Source: Selaginella moellendorffii (taxonomy: Eukaryota > Plantae > Lycopodiophyta). Taken from it: a stretch of DNA of 64,000 nt. Numbering within the stretch: position 1 is the stretch's first letter; each line of letters opens with the position of its first letter. The stretch spans positions 376,275-440,274 of the forward strand of contig NW_003314353.1 in NCBI RefSeq assembly GCF_000143415.4. Direction: 5' to 3'. The notes below the pieces were generated by a model. The model had not been told where the DNA came from, did not search any database, and was given only the letters and a program-made list of their open reading frames with translations. Shown here piece by piece: positions 38,281 through 51,075 of the stretch. Both the position numbers and the translations under genes were made by a program.

Positions 38281-40150
38281 TGTGAGACACAAAATCCCTA
38301 GGCCCCAAAGTGGAGCTAGAAGGGTGCCATATGGTAGTGGCTGAAGCGAAAGCCAAACGAGCGTAACACGTTTGGACCAAAAGCTCCAACTTGAAAGATC
38401 GAGAGCAGGGAACTCCTAACGAAGTGCTCAAGGAACAAGCACGAAGCAAGTGATAAGTGAGTCTCTAGAAAAGGGACACAAGTGGACCCGAGATGGACCC
38501 GAGATGGACCCGAGATGGACCCAAGATGGAGTCCGAGATGGAGTCCGAGATGGACCCGAGATGGAGTCCGAGATGGACCCAAGATGGAGTCCGAGATGGA
38601 ACTGAGATGGAGTCCGAGATGGAGTTCAAGATAGAGTCTGAGATGGAGTCCAAGATGGAGTCCAAGATGGACCCGAGATGGAGTCTGAGATGGACCCGAG
38701 ATGGAGTCCAAGATGGACCCGAGATGGAATTCGAGATGGAACCGAGACCGAGACCGAGATCAAGACCGAGTCCGAGTCCGAGATGGACCCGAGATGGAGT
38801 CCAAGATGGACCCGAGATGGAATTCGAGATGGAACCGAGACAGAGACAGAGACCGAGATCGAGACCGAGTCCGAGTCCGAAACCAGAACCAAGACCGAGT
38901 TCGAGTCCAAGTCTGAGTTCGAATACTAATACAGGCTGTTGGGTGAAAGCCCAAAGCGATCGTCCCCTAGGGGGGGGGGCCTACGGGGGGTTCCAAAAGT
39001 ATAGTAGGGAGAGTGTGGGGAGCCTACTGGAGCCAATTTGGCTAGGAAAGGCCAATTTCGCCCAGGAAGGCTGTACCTAGTGTTAGGTGATGAGTTGCCC
39101 ATTAGGAAGTCCAAGACTAAAGTGAACACGGACCAACAAGTGGGGTAGCTTGGTGAAGTGTTTAAGAGCTGGCTCTAGTTCCCTCGGGAGATCGACTGGC
39201 CGATGCTCTTAGTCCAAGTGTGGGTGGCACTACCTACTTGGATACCTGGCGTGGCTCAATGGAACCTCGCTCTAAGCCTATGGCTAGAGCACCCAAAGGT
39301 GGAAGGCGGGGAGAGTACCTATGAGGCTCGCGTAGGGCCACAATGTTCTGAAATGTTGTCCCAAAGGCCCAGACTGTGGAAAGGAAGAGGAGTAGTCCTC
39401 TGGTGTAGTGACCAAGGATACAGTCGTGTGGTGAGGAAGTCCCAGAGGACCGTGGGACTTAGTGGTCGAGCTTATGGGCATCAATCCAGTGGCAGTGTTG
39501 GCGAACATGGCCATGGGTAGAAAGGGATTTAGTGGGGACCGGAAAAAGGATATTGGGGAAGGCTATTCCCCATATCTACGGGCATCCTCAGGATGCTAAG
39601 GAGTGGATCTGGGATGATTATTCATGGATGGATGGCCCAGTCTTTGAGAGACGGGACTGTGATGCAGGTGGTGTTAGACCACCAGTGTGACTAAGGTGAA
39701 GGGGCATGGCCTTTGCATAACAGGTTGATATGTTGATGGTACCTTGGGGTGTCGGTCATGGGATCGAACACGTGGAGCACTTGGACCAAGTGCAAAGGTT
39801 GAGTGGTGGGGGTGCCATTCTCGGGGCTAGCAAGCCCAAGTCCAAAATAGGACTCATGGAGGTTGTGAGTGAGACTCCTCCAAGTGGTCGAAGGTATAGT
39901 TAAGTGACTAAAGTAGAATGGAAAAATTAATCACTTACATGTCGATGGTACCTTGGGGTGTCAATCATTGGATCAGACATGTGGAGCACTTGGACAAAGT
40001 GCAATGGTTGAGTGGCATGGATGCCATTCTTGGGGCTAGCAAGTCCCTAAGTCCAAACTAAGACTTAAAGAGATTGTGAGTGAGATTCCTCCAAGTGGTC
40101 GGAGGTGTGGTTAAGTGACTAAAGTAGAATGGAAAATTTAATCCTTTACA
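38281..40150 (+). mobile_element. Solo LTR-A with ~200-bp tandem duplication at its end
   Basis: TGTGAGAC...TTTACA, with perfect TSD TCCAC (38276-38280 / 40151-40155). Confidence 0.92.
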
Positions 40151-40175
40151 TCCACCAGCTTGACCTCAAGGCATT

Positions 40176-41994
40176 TGTAAGCGACCAAGTTTTCCATTCT
40201 ACTTTAGTCACTTAACCACACCTCCGACCACTTGGAAGAGTCTCATTCACAACCTCCATAAGTCCAACTCAGGACTTGGGGCTTGCTAGCCCCGAGAATG
40301 GCATCCATGCCACTCAACCTTAGCACTTGGTCCAAGTGCTCCACGTGTCTGATCCCATGATCGACACCCCAAGGTACCACCAACATATCGGCCCGTTACG
40401 CTAAGGCCATGCCCAATTACCTTGGTCACACTGGTGGTCCAACACCACCTGCATTCCCATCCCGTCTCTCAAAGACTGGGTCATCCGTCCATGAGGGATC
40501 ATCCCAGATCCACTCCTTAACATCCTTAGGATGCCTACCGACATGGGGAATAGCCTTCCCCAATATCTCTGTTCTGGTCCCCACCAAGTCCCTTTCTATC
40601 CTTGGCTGTGTTCGCCAACACTGCCACTGGATCAAGGCCCACCGGCTCGACCACTAAGTCCCACTATCCTCTAGGACTTCCTCACTGTGTGACTGTGTCC
40701 TTGGTCACCCCACCAGAGGGCTACCCCTCTTCCTTTCCACAGTCTGGGACTTTGGGACACCATTTCGGAACACCGTGGCCCTACGCAGGCCTCATGGGTA
40801 CTCTCCCCGCCTTCCGCCTTTAGGTGCTCTAGCCATGGACTTAGAGCGAGGTTCCGTTGAGCCACGACAGGTATCCAAGTAGGTAGTGCCACCCACACTT
40901 GGACTGGGAGCATCGGCCAGTCGATCTCCCGGGGGAACTAGAGCCGGCTCTTGAACACTTCACCAAGCTACCCCGTTTGTCGGTCTGTGTTCATTCTAGT
41001 CTTGGACTTCCCAGTGGGCAGCTCATCACCCAACATTGGGTCCGGCCTTCCTGGGCCAAACTAGCCTTTCCTGGCCAAACTGGCTCCACTGCAGTCCTCC
41101 CCCTACTATACTTTTGGAGCTCACCAAACCCCCCAGGGTCTGGGAGACAAACGCTTTGGGCTTTCACCCTCTCAGACTCGAACTCGGACTTGGACTCGGA
41201 CTCGGACTCGGACTCGGACTCGGACTCGGACTCGGGCTCGGGCTCGGTCTCGGCCTCGGCCTCGCTCTCGGTCTCGGTCCCGATCTTCGTCTCGGTCTCG
41301 GTCTCGGTCTCGACTTCGGACTCCATCTCGGGTCCATCTCGGACTCCATCTCGGACTCCATCTCGGGTCCATCTCGGACTCCATCTCGGACTCCATCTCG
41401 GACTCCATCTCGGGTCCATCTCGGACTCCATCTCGGACTCCATCTCGGGTCCATCTCGGACTCCATCTCGGGTCCATCTCGGACTCCATTTCGGGTCCAT
41501 CTTGGACTCCATCTCGGACTCCATTTCGGGTCCATCTCGGGTCCACCTCGGACTCCATCTCGGACTCCATCTTGGACTCCATCTCGGGTCCATCTCGGAC
41601 TCCATTTCGGGTCCATCTTGGACTCCACTTCGGACTCCAACTCGGGTCCATCTCGGACTCCACTTCGGACTCCAACTCGGGTCCATCTCGGACTCCACTT
41701 CGGACTCCAACTCGGGTCCATCTCGGACTCCACTTCGGACTCCAACTCGAGTCCATCTCGGACACTTCCACGTGTCATGTATTGGTCCTTTTGGGTCCCT
41801 TTTTGGAGCCTCGCTTTTTGCTTGCTTCATGCTCATTCCTCGAGCACTTCGTTGGGAGTTCCACTCCCGCTCTTGACTTTTCAAGTCGGGGCTTTTGGTC
41901 CAAACGTGTTACGCTCGTTTGGCTCTCGCTTCGACCACTACCACGTGGCGCCCTTCCGGCTCCACTTTGGGGCCTAGGGATTTTGTATCTCACA
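40176..41994 (-). mobile_element. Solo LTR-A
   Basis: TGTAAGC...TCTCACA, with perfect TSD GCATT (40171-40175 / 41995-41999). Confidence 0.93.
41175..41762. repeat. LTR-A minisatellite of 6-, 11- and 12-bp units (GGACTC, GGACTCCATCTC, GGGTCCATCTC)
   Basis: Read directly; shorter arrays at 34905-35190, 38483-38920 and 44050-44262. Confidence 0.95.
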
Positions 41995-44450
41995 GCATTA
42001 CATCTTAGCACATTTAGTGTCTTCACACTATCGGCTCCTCGAGCCTATCTTTATGACACTTTGCACTTGCGTCTAGGTCTTTGCCAAGATCAATACAGTT
42101 GTTACCTATGCCAACTATCCATTAACTCTACACCATAGTGTTTGCTCACAACTTTGAACCAAAGTTGTTTTCTTCTGGGAACATCTTTCCCACGATTTTA
42201 GTATGGCACCTTTTGCCATTAATGAAATACACACTATTCCCATGCTTGGATCTTATGATCCTCCCTGTTCCTCGTAGGGTACAACATACCTCAGTCCAAA
42301 TGCTTCCACTAGTCCTCTAAAACCATTCTTTGACTCCACTCGAGTCATCCAACTTTTTGGACTTTGTTAATTCAACAACTCATAAGGTTCTACCCTTCTG
42401 GCTATTTTTGAGGTGTCAATTCACTAGAATACATCTTTTTGTATTCATGTTCTACTCACAAGGACTAACTTTGTAAGTGTTACACCGACACTTGATTATT
42501 TTCTGTTCCCTGTGGGCTACTTTTGCCCTTTAGGACTATTCGTCCATATGATGAGATTACCAACTCATCCTCTAAGTACACCCCCAACTCCTTAGGTTTA
42601 TTCCAGCATTTATTAAAGGTACCGGCTACCATTTCAAGGACTCATATCCTCATTTGTATTTGACCTCTCACGATCATTAATTCTAGTCTCAAATTTATGA
42701 GCACCAACCTCTATTATATGAGGATAATCTTGTGACTCTTTCCCATATCTCTATCTTTCCTGTGATCCCAACATTAGTTGTTTACCACAACTACATTACC
42801 TAGTTTGTTACGTCAAATGCTTATTTGAATCACATCCTCAACTCTCTAAGACAAAATTTATATTGTTCCCAAGATCCCAAAGTTGTTCCCAAATTGGCCC
42901 CTTTTTTATCCACCATATTGCCAACATGTTCACTTATGAATTAAGGTGGAAAGTCATGCCCTTTCAATATGCTACTCTTCGAGGATAGGCCAACTCTTGG
43001 GACCTTCCAATGCCAAGACAAATGGTGATATCCTTGACCACCAATAAGAGTTAGACTAAGGAATAGCTTCGATACCAAATTGTAAGCAATTAAATTTCCA
43101 TTCTACTTTAGTCACTTAACCACATTTTTGACCACTTAGAAGAGTCTTACTCACAGCCTCCATAAATTTTATTTCAGACTTGGGGCTTGCTAGCCCCAAG
43201 AATGGCATCCAACCACTTAACCTTTGCATTTGGTCCAAGTGCTCCATGTGTTTGATCCCATGACCGACACCCAAAGGTACTACTGACATATTAACTCGTT
43301 ATGCTAAGGCCATGCCTATTCACCTTTATCACACTAGTGATTCAACACCACTTACATCATAGTCCCATCTCTCAAAGATTGGGCCATTTGTCCATGAATG
43401 GTCATCTTAGATCCACTCCTTAGCATCTTTAGGATGCCCACAGACATGGGGAATAGCCTTCCCCAATATCCCTTTTTCGGTCCCCACCAAGTCCCTTTCT
43501 GTCCATGGCTGTGTTTGCCAATATTGCCACTGAGTCAAGGCCTATAGACCTGACCACTAAGTCCCACTATCCTTTGGGACTTCCTCACCATGTGACTGTC
43601 TTTGGTCACTACACTAAAGGATTACTCCTCTTCCTTTCCACCGTCCAGGATTTTGGGACAATACTTCAAATGGATACTCTCCCCATCTTCTGCCTTTGGG
43701 TGATCTAGCCATGGGGCTAGAGCGAGGTTCCGTTGAGCCATGCCAGATATCTAAGTAGGTAGTGCCATGGTCGATGCTCCCAGGGGAGCTAGAGCTGGTT
43801 CTTGAATACTTCACCAAGCTACCCTACTTGTCTGTTTGTATTCACTCTAACCTTGGACTTCCTAGTGGTTATATTAGCACCCAATACGTGGGTATAACCT
43901 TCCTGGGCCACACTAACCTTTCCTAGCCAAACTAGTTCCATTGGAGTCCAACCCCCACACTCTCCCTATTATACTTTTGAAACCCCCCGTAGCTCCCCCT
44001 AGGGGGACGATCGCTTTGGGCTTTCACCCAATAGCCTATATTAGTATTCAAACTTAGACTCGGACTTGGACTTGGACTCGGACTTGGTCTCAAACTTGGA
44101 CTTAGACTCAGTCTCGGTGTCAGTCTCGGTCTTGGTCTCGTCTCAGATTCCATCTCAAGTCCATCTTAGATCCATCTTGAACTCTATCTTGAACTCCATC
44201 TTGGACTCCATCTCGGGTCCATCTCAGGTTCCATCTCAGTCCATCTTGGGTCCATCTCGAACTCCCTTATTGATTGCTTCGTGCTCGTTCCTTGAGCACT
44301 CCATTGGGAGTTCCACTCCCACTCTTGATTCTTCAAGTTAGAGTTTTTAGTCCAAACATGTTATGCTCCTTTGGCTTCTGCTTCGGCCACTACCACATGG
44401 CACCCTTTTAGCTCCACTTTGGGGCTTAAGTATTTGTGTCTCACAAGAAT

Positions 44451-44514
44451 GCAGCCTTAAGTGGGTGGTAAATTCCATCCAAGGCTAAATACTGGTGAGA
44501 GACCGATAGTGCTA

Positions 44515-44547
<33 letters not shown>

Positions 44548-45005
44548 CTTAAGAAATGCTTGAAATTGCTAGGAGGGAAGCAAATGGATGCCTTGTGTGC
44601 CCCTTTGGTTGTGTGTGGAACGGTGAGAGCTAGTCTACCAAGCAATGCAAGGGCCTATCGAGCATGGGAGGATGCAGCGGGATAACAGCTTGTGAACCTC
44701 TGGCTCCCTACCAATGCTGCCACTGCCTCTGAAAATGGTGGGGTGCTCCAGTGCCCCACCAAATGTTGGAACTTGGGCGTTCCATCCAACCCATCTTGAA
44801 ATATGGACCAAGGAGTCTAACATGTATGCAAGTCTGTGGGTGTTAAACCTGTACAGGCAAAAGGAAGCTAATTCATGGGATCCTTTTCTGAGGTGCACCA
44901 TAGACCAACCTTGATCATTTTGAGAAGGGTTTGAGTGTTAGCATACCTGTTATGAACTATGCCTGAGCAAAGCAAAGCCAGAAGAAACTCTGGTGGAGGC
45001 TCACA
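44451..45005 (+). pseudogene. LSU rRNA pseudogene fragment, 3' part (D2 region and beyond)
   Basis: gcagccttaagtgggtggtaaattccatccaaggctaaatactggtgagagaccgatag, gaaagatgaaaaggactttgaaaagaga, cccatcttgaaatatggaccaaggagtctaacatgtatgc, gaaactctggtggaggctc are conserved LSU motifs with C>T/G>A decay and deletions. Confidence 0.9.
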
Positions 45006-47826
45006 GTCCTAAAGATTAACTCCTAGTACTAAGGGTGGCTAAGGGTGAAAACCTAAAGCATGTGGTCCTCAAAGGGGGGCTGGGGGGGGGGGGGGGGGGG
45101 GGTTTTTTTTGGGGGTCCCAAAGTTTTTTAGGGGAAAAGGGGACCTCCAACCTAAATGACCCCCCCGGGGGCAAATCCAACCTTTTGTTGGGGAACCCAC
45201 CCTGGTTTGGCATTAACCTGGGGCTAAACCCCAATTTCCCCCCCTGGTAACTGGGGGAGAACCCATTTTTTCCCCTTTGGGCCCCTATATACCAAAAAAA
45301 CCCCCCAACTCCTTTTGGCCCCCTTTTGCAGGTGGGCCCGGGAATTAGAAGCCGGAAGGTTTTAGAATTTTTCCAGGTACCCCCGGGTTTTGGCCCCTTC
45401 CCCTTTGGGGTGAAAGGTCCAAAAACCCCCCCGGGCCCAGATCCCTTTCCCCCTGGGGGCCCCATGCTTGGGAGTTTGGCTCTGTTCTTTCGTTTAGTGT
45501 CCCAAGGCTCTAAAACTTGAGTTTCACACCACTGTCCTTGGACACGTGGCATATGACACATGGTATATAGAGGGTTTAGGTTCCGTTTTGTGGTTATCCT
45601 ATAGTAAATCACCATAGGATAAAGGGTAAAAACCATATGTGTTACATATGGTATCAGAGGATGAGTCTCAGTGAGTACTATCTAATGAGATTGGGCAATT
45701 AGTTTCGTTGCATATGTAGAGATGAAAACAATAATCCAAGTGGGTACACGTTTGGGTGCAAAAACTTCGCAATCGTTCCTTGGGTATGAATTTTGGTTAC
45801 CTTTTCGTACTAGGTTATATGAGCTTGCTCTTGGGCTTATAAGATGGATGAAGAAGTTTTGTTTACACAAGTTTGCACTTGGGCTCTTGAGTGAGGCACA
45901 TTAGCAATTCAAGGTTACACTTGGATAAATGCTAGCCTATTGGGGGTTACCATGAGTGGTTCGGTGTATGGTGGGTTAAAGTAAATCTCCTTGGGTTTGC
46001 TATGAGTGGCAAATAGGCTGGTCCATAGTTGTTTAGCATGACACTAGTGGATCCTTCCTAAGCATGATTAAAAGTGGATCAATCAAAACTATAGGGATTA
46101 GTCTGCTGGTTCAAGTAATCATTGTTGTGCTCTCTCATAAACTTTTCTTGGATTGGACTGAAGGCAGTGTGAACTCAAGCCTAAGATTTAGTCAAAGTTA
46201 AAACTGAAAAGAGAGTCCTCAGGGACGAAGGATCAAACATGTAAATCATTTTCCCTTCTTGGAGAGATGATTCACAATGAGATGTGACTCATTGCTTATG
46301 TTCACATCATACAATCAAGAGACCCTATCTTGATGCATAATGGTTATGATGGTCTTAGAAGTGATGAGATATGGGATGGATAGCAGTGAAGCACTAAACT
46401 ATTTTGTCTATAGAAGACTTAGATTACAATGCTCAATTCTTTTCTAGGGAACTTTGCTATTGCTCCTTGAGTAGCTTCGTGTTGGAGAGTGGTATAAGCT
46501 TGTCTGTGTTATGAAAAAAAGTTGGTGTTTGATATTGTAAATCTCTATTGGTGAGGTGTGGCATATATATTGCATTTTGTTGAATAGAGTTGGCATTTGA
46601 TACTTACGTAAACTTTTGAAATAATAATGTGGGCTTGCTCATAGTGTTACTTGATTAATGATCAAGTCATTGTGATTTTATATCATATCCATGTGATAGT
46701 GAGCAATGTGTTTATAAAGTTGCTTGGTTAAATGATGGTCAACCCCAAAGTGGTTGATAGTGAAGCTAATTTACTTGTACAAAGTAGCATTGTAGTAGCT
46801 TTACTAGATTCTCTATGGTGAACTCTTATGCTAAGCTTAAGTTGGTTCTTTGGTTCCTTGAGTTTGCCCATTAAAGTGTTGAAAAGGGTTATAGCATTCT
46901 CTTGTTAAGGTTTGTTGGTTTATCCGTTAACACTTGGAGTAGGTTGTTAGATGGAGAAGGTATGTAGTTAAAACATTGACATTGCTAACACTTGTGTTAG
47001 TGAAAGTGACATTGTTATTTCGAGTGATGAGGAATTTTCCTTAGAGCTTGATTTTCCATGTCATTTTTCTTATTAGTGTTTTAGCTTTATATTGGATTTT
47101 GAAGGTGATTGAAGAAGAGTGTTAGTGCAATGTGGATATCTGAAAATATAGTCTTCATGATTAAGTCTTGGATGTTTATTTTATATTTTGTGGATATTAG
47201 TGTTAGATGTCGAAAGTATAGGCAAAGATGTTTGATGCTTAGACATACTATTGGTCATAAGAATTTATGTTGAAGTGAACCTTTGTGAATTTGTAAATAG
47301 GAGGAAGTTGGTTGAGTTTTGAAAGTTTATATTCCTAAACTAAGAGTCATTCTTTCTCTAGGATGGAAATTTTACCACAAATTTTCTTAGACTTTTCTAA
47401 TGGCTAATATGTTGATTATTTTGCCTGAAAACCATTTCATTTTCGTAAGCCAATATAAACTAGTAAAGGGGTTAGAGTTGACTTTATCTTAGTAGGTAGT
47501 TTATATAATGCAACCTGAAACAAATACTAACTTTTGGGGCTAAGGCAATTGAGTTGGATAAAATTTAGAGTTGGTGTAGAAAAGTGGCCATTGCACTTTT
47601 CTAGAAAGGTGACCCTTATGCCTTTCTTTTATAACATTATATATAGTGGTAGGTTGTACTTTGCATTTTATTAGATTCTATGAGAATAGTGAGCTCTTAC
47701 TGATCTTGACTTAGTCTTGGTAACTTTGCACTTGGTTGAGGATGGTGATGTCCAACTTAGTTGTGTTTGTTATGAGTTGTTGAGGAAGGCATTTTAGTTT
47801 ATTAACTTCGATATTAAAGTTAGTCT

Positions 47827-47850
47827 AAGCTCTATTTCGTTAAAGTGGGA
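47827..47850 (+). repeat. Left TIR
   Basis: aagctctatttcgttaaagtggga. Confidence 0.95.
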
Positions 47851-48268
47851 ATTGTCATTATCCCACTTGTAAAATAAGGTTTCCAAACCTTTATATAGTA
47901 TATAAATATAACAAAATTTAACTGCATTGAGGCACATGCCATTTTATTTTAAACAAGGAAATGTCTACTCAATCACTTCTCCTCCCCCTGCCACTGCTTC
48001 ACCTCTTTCTTCTCCTTGTCATCATCGTCCAATTTCTTTCCATCCTTTTAATATTGGCTCAGTTGCTCCGAGTCTAGGTGGAGCCCATTCAATCTTTACT
48101 TTCCCCTTATTAATAAAACAACTTCGTAGACTTCCAATAACATGCTGTAACACTTCTAGTATAATGCAAATCCTCTCAAAGAATTGTCTTTTAATATTAA
48201 TACAATGGCATGGAACCCCATGCCATAATAAGTTACATTTTTAAATAAATACATGCCATCTCAGACTG

Positions 48269-50672
48269 TTATTTTTTGCCTCCAACGCCTAACAATAATC
48301 TTGGAATTTCATCACTCTCCACACTATCAGGATTTAAACCCAATAGTAATGCCATCTCTTCTCTAATACATCCACGCTCATGTTCAGTGGTCGAAGAACC
48401 CATCCGGTTGAGCAGATTATGGAGATGCGGATAGTGCTTGGCTAGACAATATACATGCCATAAATGATGACTGGTGTCTGTCCGATCAAATGGCTTCTGA
48501 TATACCGTTCCATCTGCCATTTGGTTGATTTTTGCAGCCACCTCCTGGACTGGCCGGTTCTCTATCACCATCGCTCCAAGCCGTTTTGCAAGGTCCCCCA
48601 GAACATACGGTTTCTTCTCCCTAGTTTCCATACTGCAAGAGATGGGGTGCACTGCATATGTGTGCGTGTTTGCTGCAGTTTTAATCGGCGAGTCATCGAT
48701 GATGAGAATTTCACTTGACCTAGCAGTCCGGTTCATCACTACAGCCTCTGGCTTGACGAAGATGGGCTTGCTACCCCTCACATGGACCATAGTCAAGCAA
48801 TCCTCCTGCGTTAGGAGAAAGTCAAATGGTAATATTACTCGCGTCTGATCGTGCATCATCTGTAGCAACGTTAATGCATTGTGGCGCATCATGGATGTCC
48901 AAACTCCCAATTGCAAATTGAACTCGGCCCTCTGTTTTAAGTGTCGTATGGTCATTATTTGATCCCGCAGTTTCTCCCATGTGATTAATGTGAATCTATC
49001 TCTTTTGACCAACTTGCGACTGCAGGCTTTGGAGGGTGCAGTGACATTCGAGGACGAGCCACGCTCATGGGAGAAAAGGACACCGTTCAGATCAAAAACG
49101 ATACAGTACCTTCGCTGTGACTCTGAAATGAAATGCGTCAGCATAAAAAATGGTACAAGTCAATTTTACCATCTACAATATTAGCGAATGGTGCTCCCGA
49201 TGGTCGTTGAGAGGGTTTTGGTCGAGGAAACGTGAAGGGCGGAAATACTCTCCTCTGCAATGTGGGGTCAATCGCATCCGATGGCGTGTGGGCACATGCC
49301 ATTTCAGCTGTAGAATCTAGTACAACTGGCTCAACAGTGGCATGGGGTGGTTCCGATGGTGTGTGATCACACGCCATTTCAGCTGGTGCCTCCGTTGGCA
49401 AAGTGGACATGACCGAACAGGCAACAGGGGCGGTGTAGGGAGGTTCTAACGGCGCGTAGTCAGACGATTGGGCACACGTTGAGTCCGTTGGAAATGAGGA
49501 TATGACCGGCTCGGCAGCTGGGGCGGCCTCATACGGGTCCAATGGCGCTTGGTCATCATCAGTTGGATACGTGGACAAGATTGACTCAGTGGTATGGGCA
49601 GCATCAAGTGGAGCGTGGTCAGCTTGCTTGGCGTTGATATGGATAGTAGCCTCCACCAGCTCTGATGACTCTTGCAGGCAAGTAGAGTCCACTGGCGGAT
49701 CCATATGCATGTCCAAATATCTCCCTTCGATTGAGATGGTATCCTCCCTACTAGCTACTAAAAACAAACTCATTAGCACATTGAATCGACTATACTGTAT
49801 TTACCATCAACTGCTATTGAGGAACTAGGACTGATATCACTTGGGCGCACTGCTGATTCTAAAGGATTGGACATATGTTTCGACCCTTGCTTGGCACTAT
49901 CCTTCCTCGACACTAAAGGCTAGAGTTTGTATCTTAATTCAACTGAATAATCTCTACTTACCATTTGCTTTGCAACCTACATGAACAATGTTAGAAATGG
50001 TAAAAGGTTAGGAATGGATGTACTATTATTTACCTGATGGTTTGTCTTGTATGACCTTCCTCCGCTGCTCTTTGGCCACTCAGGCTGGCCATTGTCGTCA
50101 TCATCGTCGTCGTCGTTATTGTGATCGTCACCATTGTGAGGACCATCCAAGTCCTCTTCTTCCTCCTCTTCTTCGTCCTCCTCTTCTTTGTCCTCCTCTT
50201 CGTCCTTCTGCTCTTCCTGCTCATTATCTTTCTCTGGCTCCTCATCCCCCTCCTGCATTTCTTCCATAGGCTGCTCAGGCTGGATGGCTTGTTCTTCCAG
50301 GACCATCTTGGGAAAATCATCTGGCCGAGTCTCCATCTCAAAATACAAGACATCCATAGCCTGTTTTAGTGCGTGACCTAGGACCGTATCCTCACCCGAC
50401 TGTCTTAACATGGTTTCTGCACGTTCTTGCACCCTTCGAAGACGATGAGATGAGAAAAACGTGGCCCTGACTTGAAAAGCATCCCTCATCCATTGTACCT
50501 CTCCATTGAGATTGGGGAAGGGGAGTCCGCCATAGGAATCTGAGTCAGGAGGTGGTGACTGGCTGCTTTCACTCAGCCCTTGATCTGCAATGAATGGCAT
50601 GAGCACACACGCCATAACCGCGAGGCATTACCTATCATCTTTTCGTTGCCCTTCTTCCTTTTCGAATCAAAC
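48269..50672 (-). CDS. 5'-truncated multi-exon cargo gene: acidic/low-complexity region plus C-terminal FCP1/SCP-like (NIF) HAD phosphatase domain
   Basis: GT-AG introns at 50631-50585, 50033-49977, 49961-49920, 49804-49758 and 49169-49123 join ORFs 50573, 49977, 49138 and 48269 in frame. HAD motifs CIVFDLNGVL, LGVWTS, LLTQEDC, FVKP, LIIDDSPIK..N. Confidence 0.8.
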
Positions 50673-51075
50673 CACGAGAAACCTGTAGAGAAGGTAGATG
50701 AGCGCGAATATGAGCGTGATCGCGAGTGGGAGCGTGATGCGAGCGTGATGCGAGCGCGAGTGTGCGAGCGCGAGTACGATGCAAAACCTAACCTCACACG
50801 CGCGAAATGTCACGACGGTTGGTAATCCCGCCACGTCATCATTCCTCAAACTTGGGCGCCACCATTAATTTCTGGATCGCCGCGCGCATGCATGCACATG
50901 AAATCCAAAAGAAATCCGCAACATCATCATTCCTCGGAGTGCATGCACGCGAAATCCAAAAGAAAGATCATGATTGGGATATCATTTAATACCCTCGCTA
51001 TATTTATACCATGCATGATTGGATATTCCAAAGCATCTTGTATTTCCAAAAATGCCAGATGTTCAGCTAAATAAA

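Larger units (their letters stand above)
33902..44445 (-). mobile_element. LTR element family A (two LTRs, no intact ORF)
   Basis: LTRs at 33902-35372 and 43081-44445 (TG..CA), PBS TGGTATCGAAGC at 43077-43066, PPT at about 35373-35386, TSD GGAAT/AGAAT. Confidence 0.88.

Noticed and set aside
38316-42138. Long ORFs in all frames (SPRWTRDG, MESEMDPR, HLGLHLG repeats)
   Set aside because: Products of the stop-free LTR-A minisatellite, with no sign of real coding.
33753-45005. Functional rRNA gene or R2-like site-specific insertion
   Set aside because: The fragment is short, decayed and lacks the rest of the unit; the interrupting element is an LTR element with a 5-bp TSD.
45060-45460. Homopolymer-rich GC stretch with ORFs (45016-45636 etc.)
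   Set aside because: It is LTR-B sequence whose differences mostly extend homopolymer runs after a poly-G tract, which is typical of a sequencing or consensus error.
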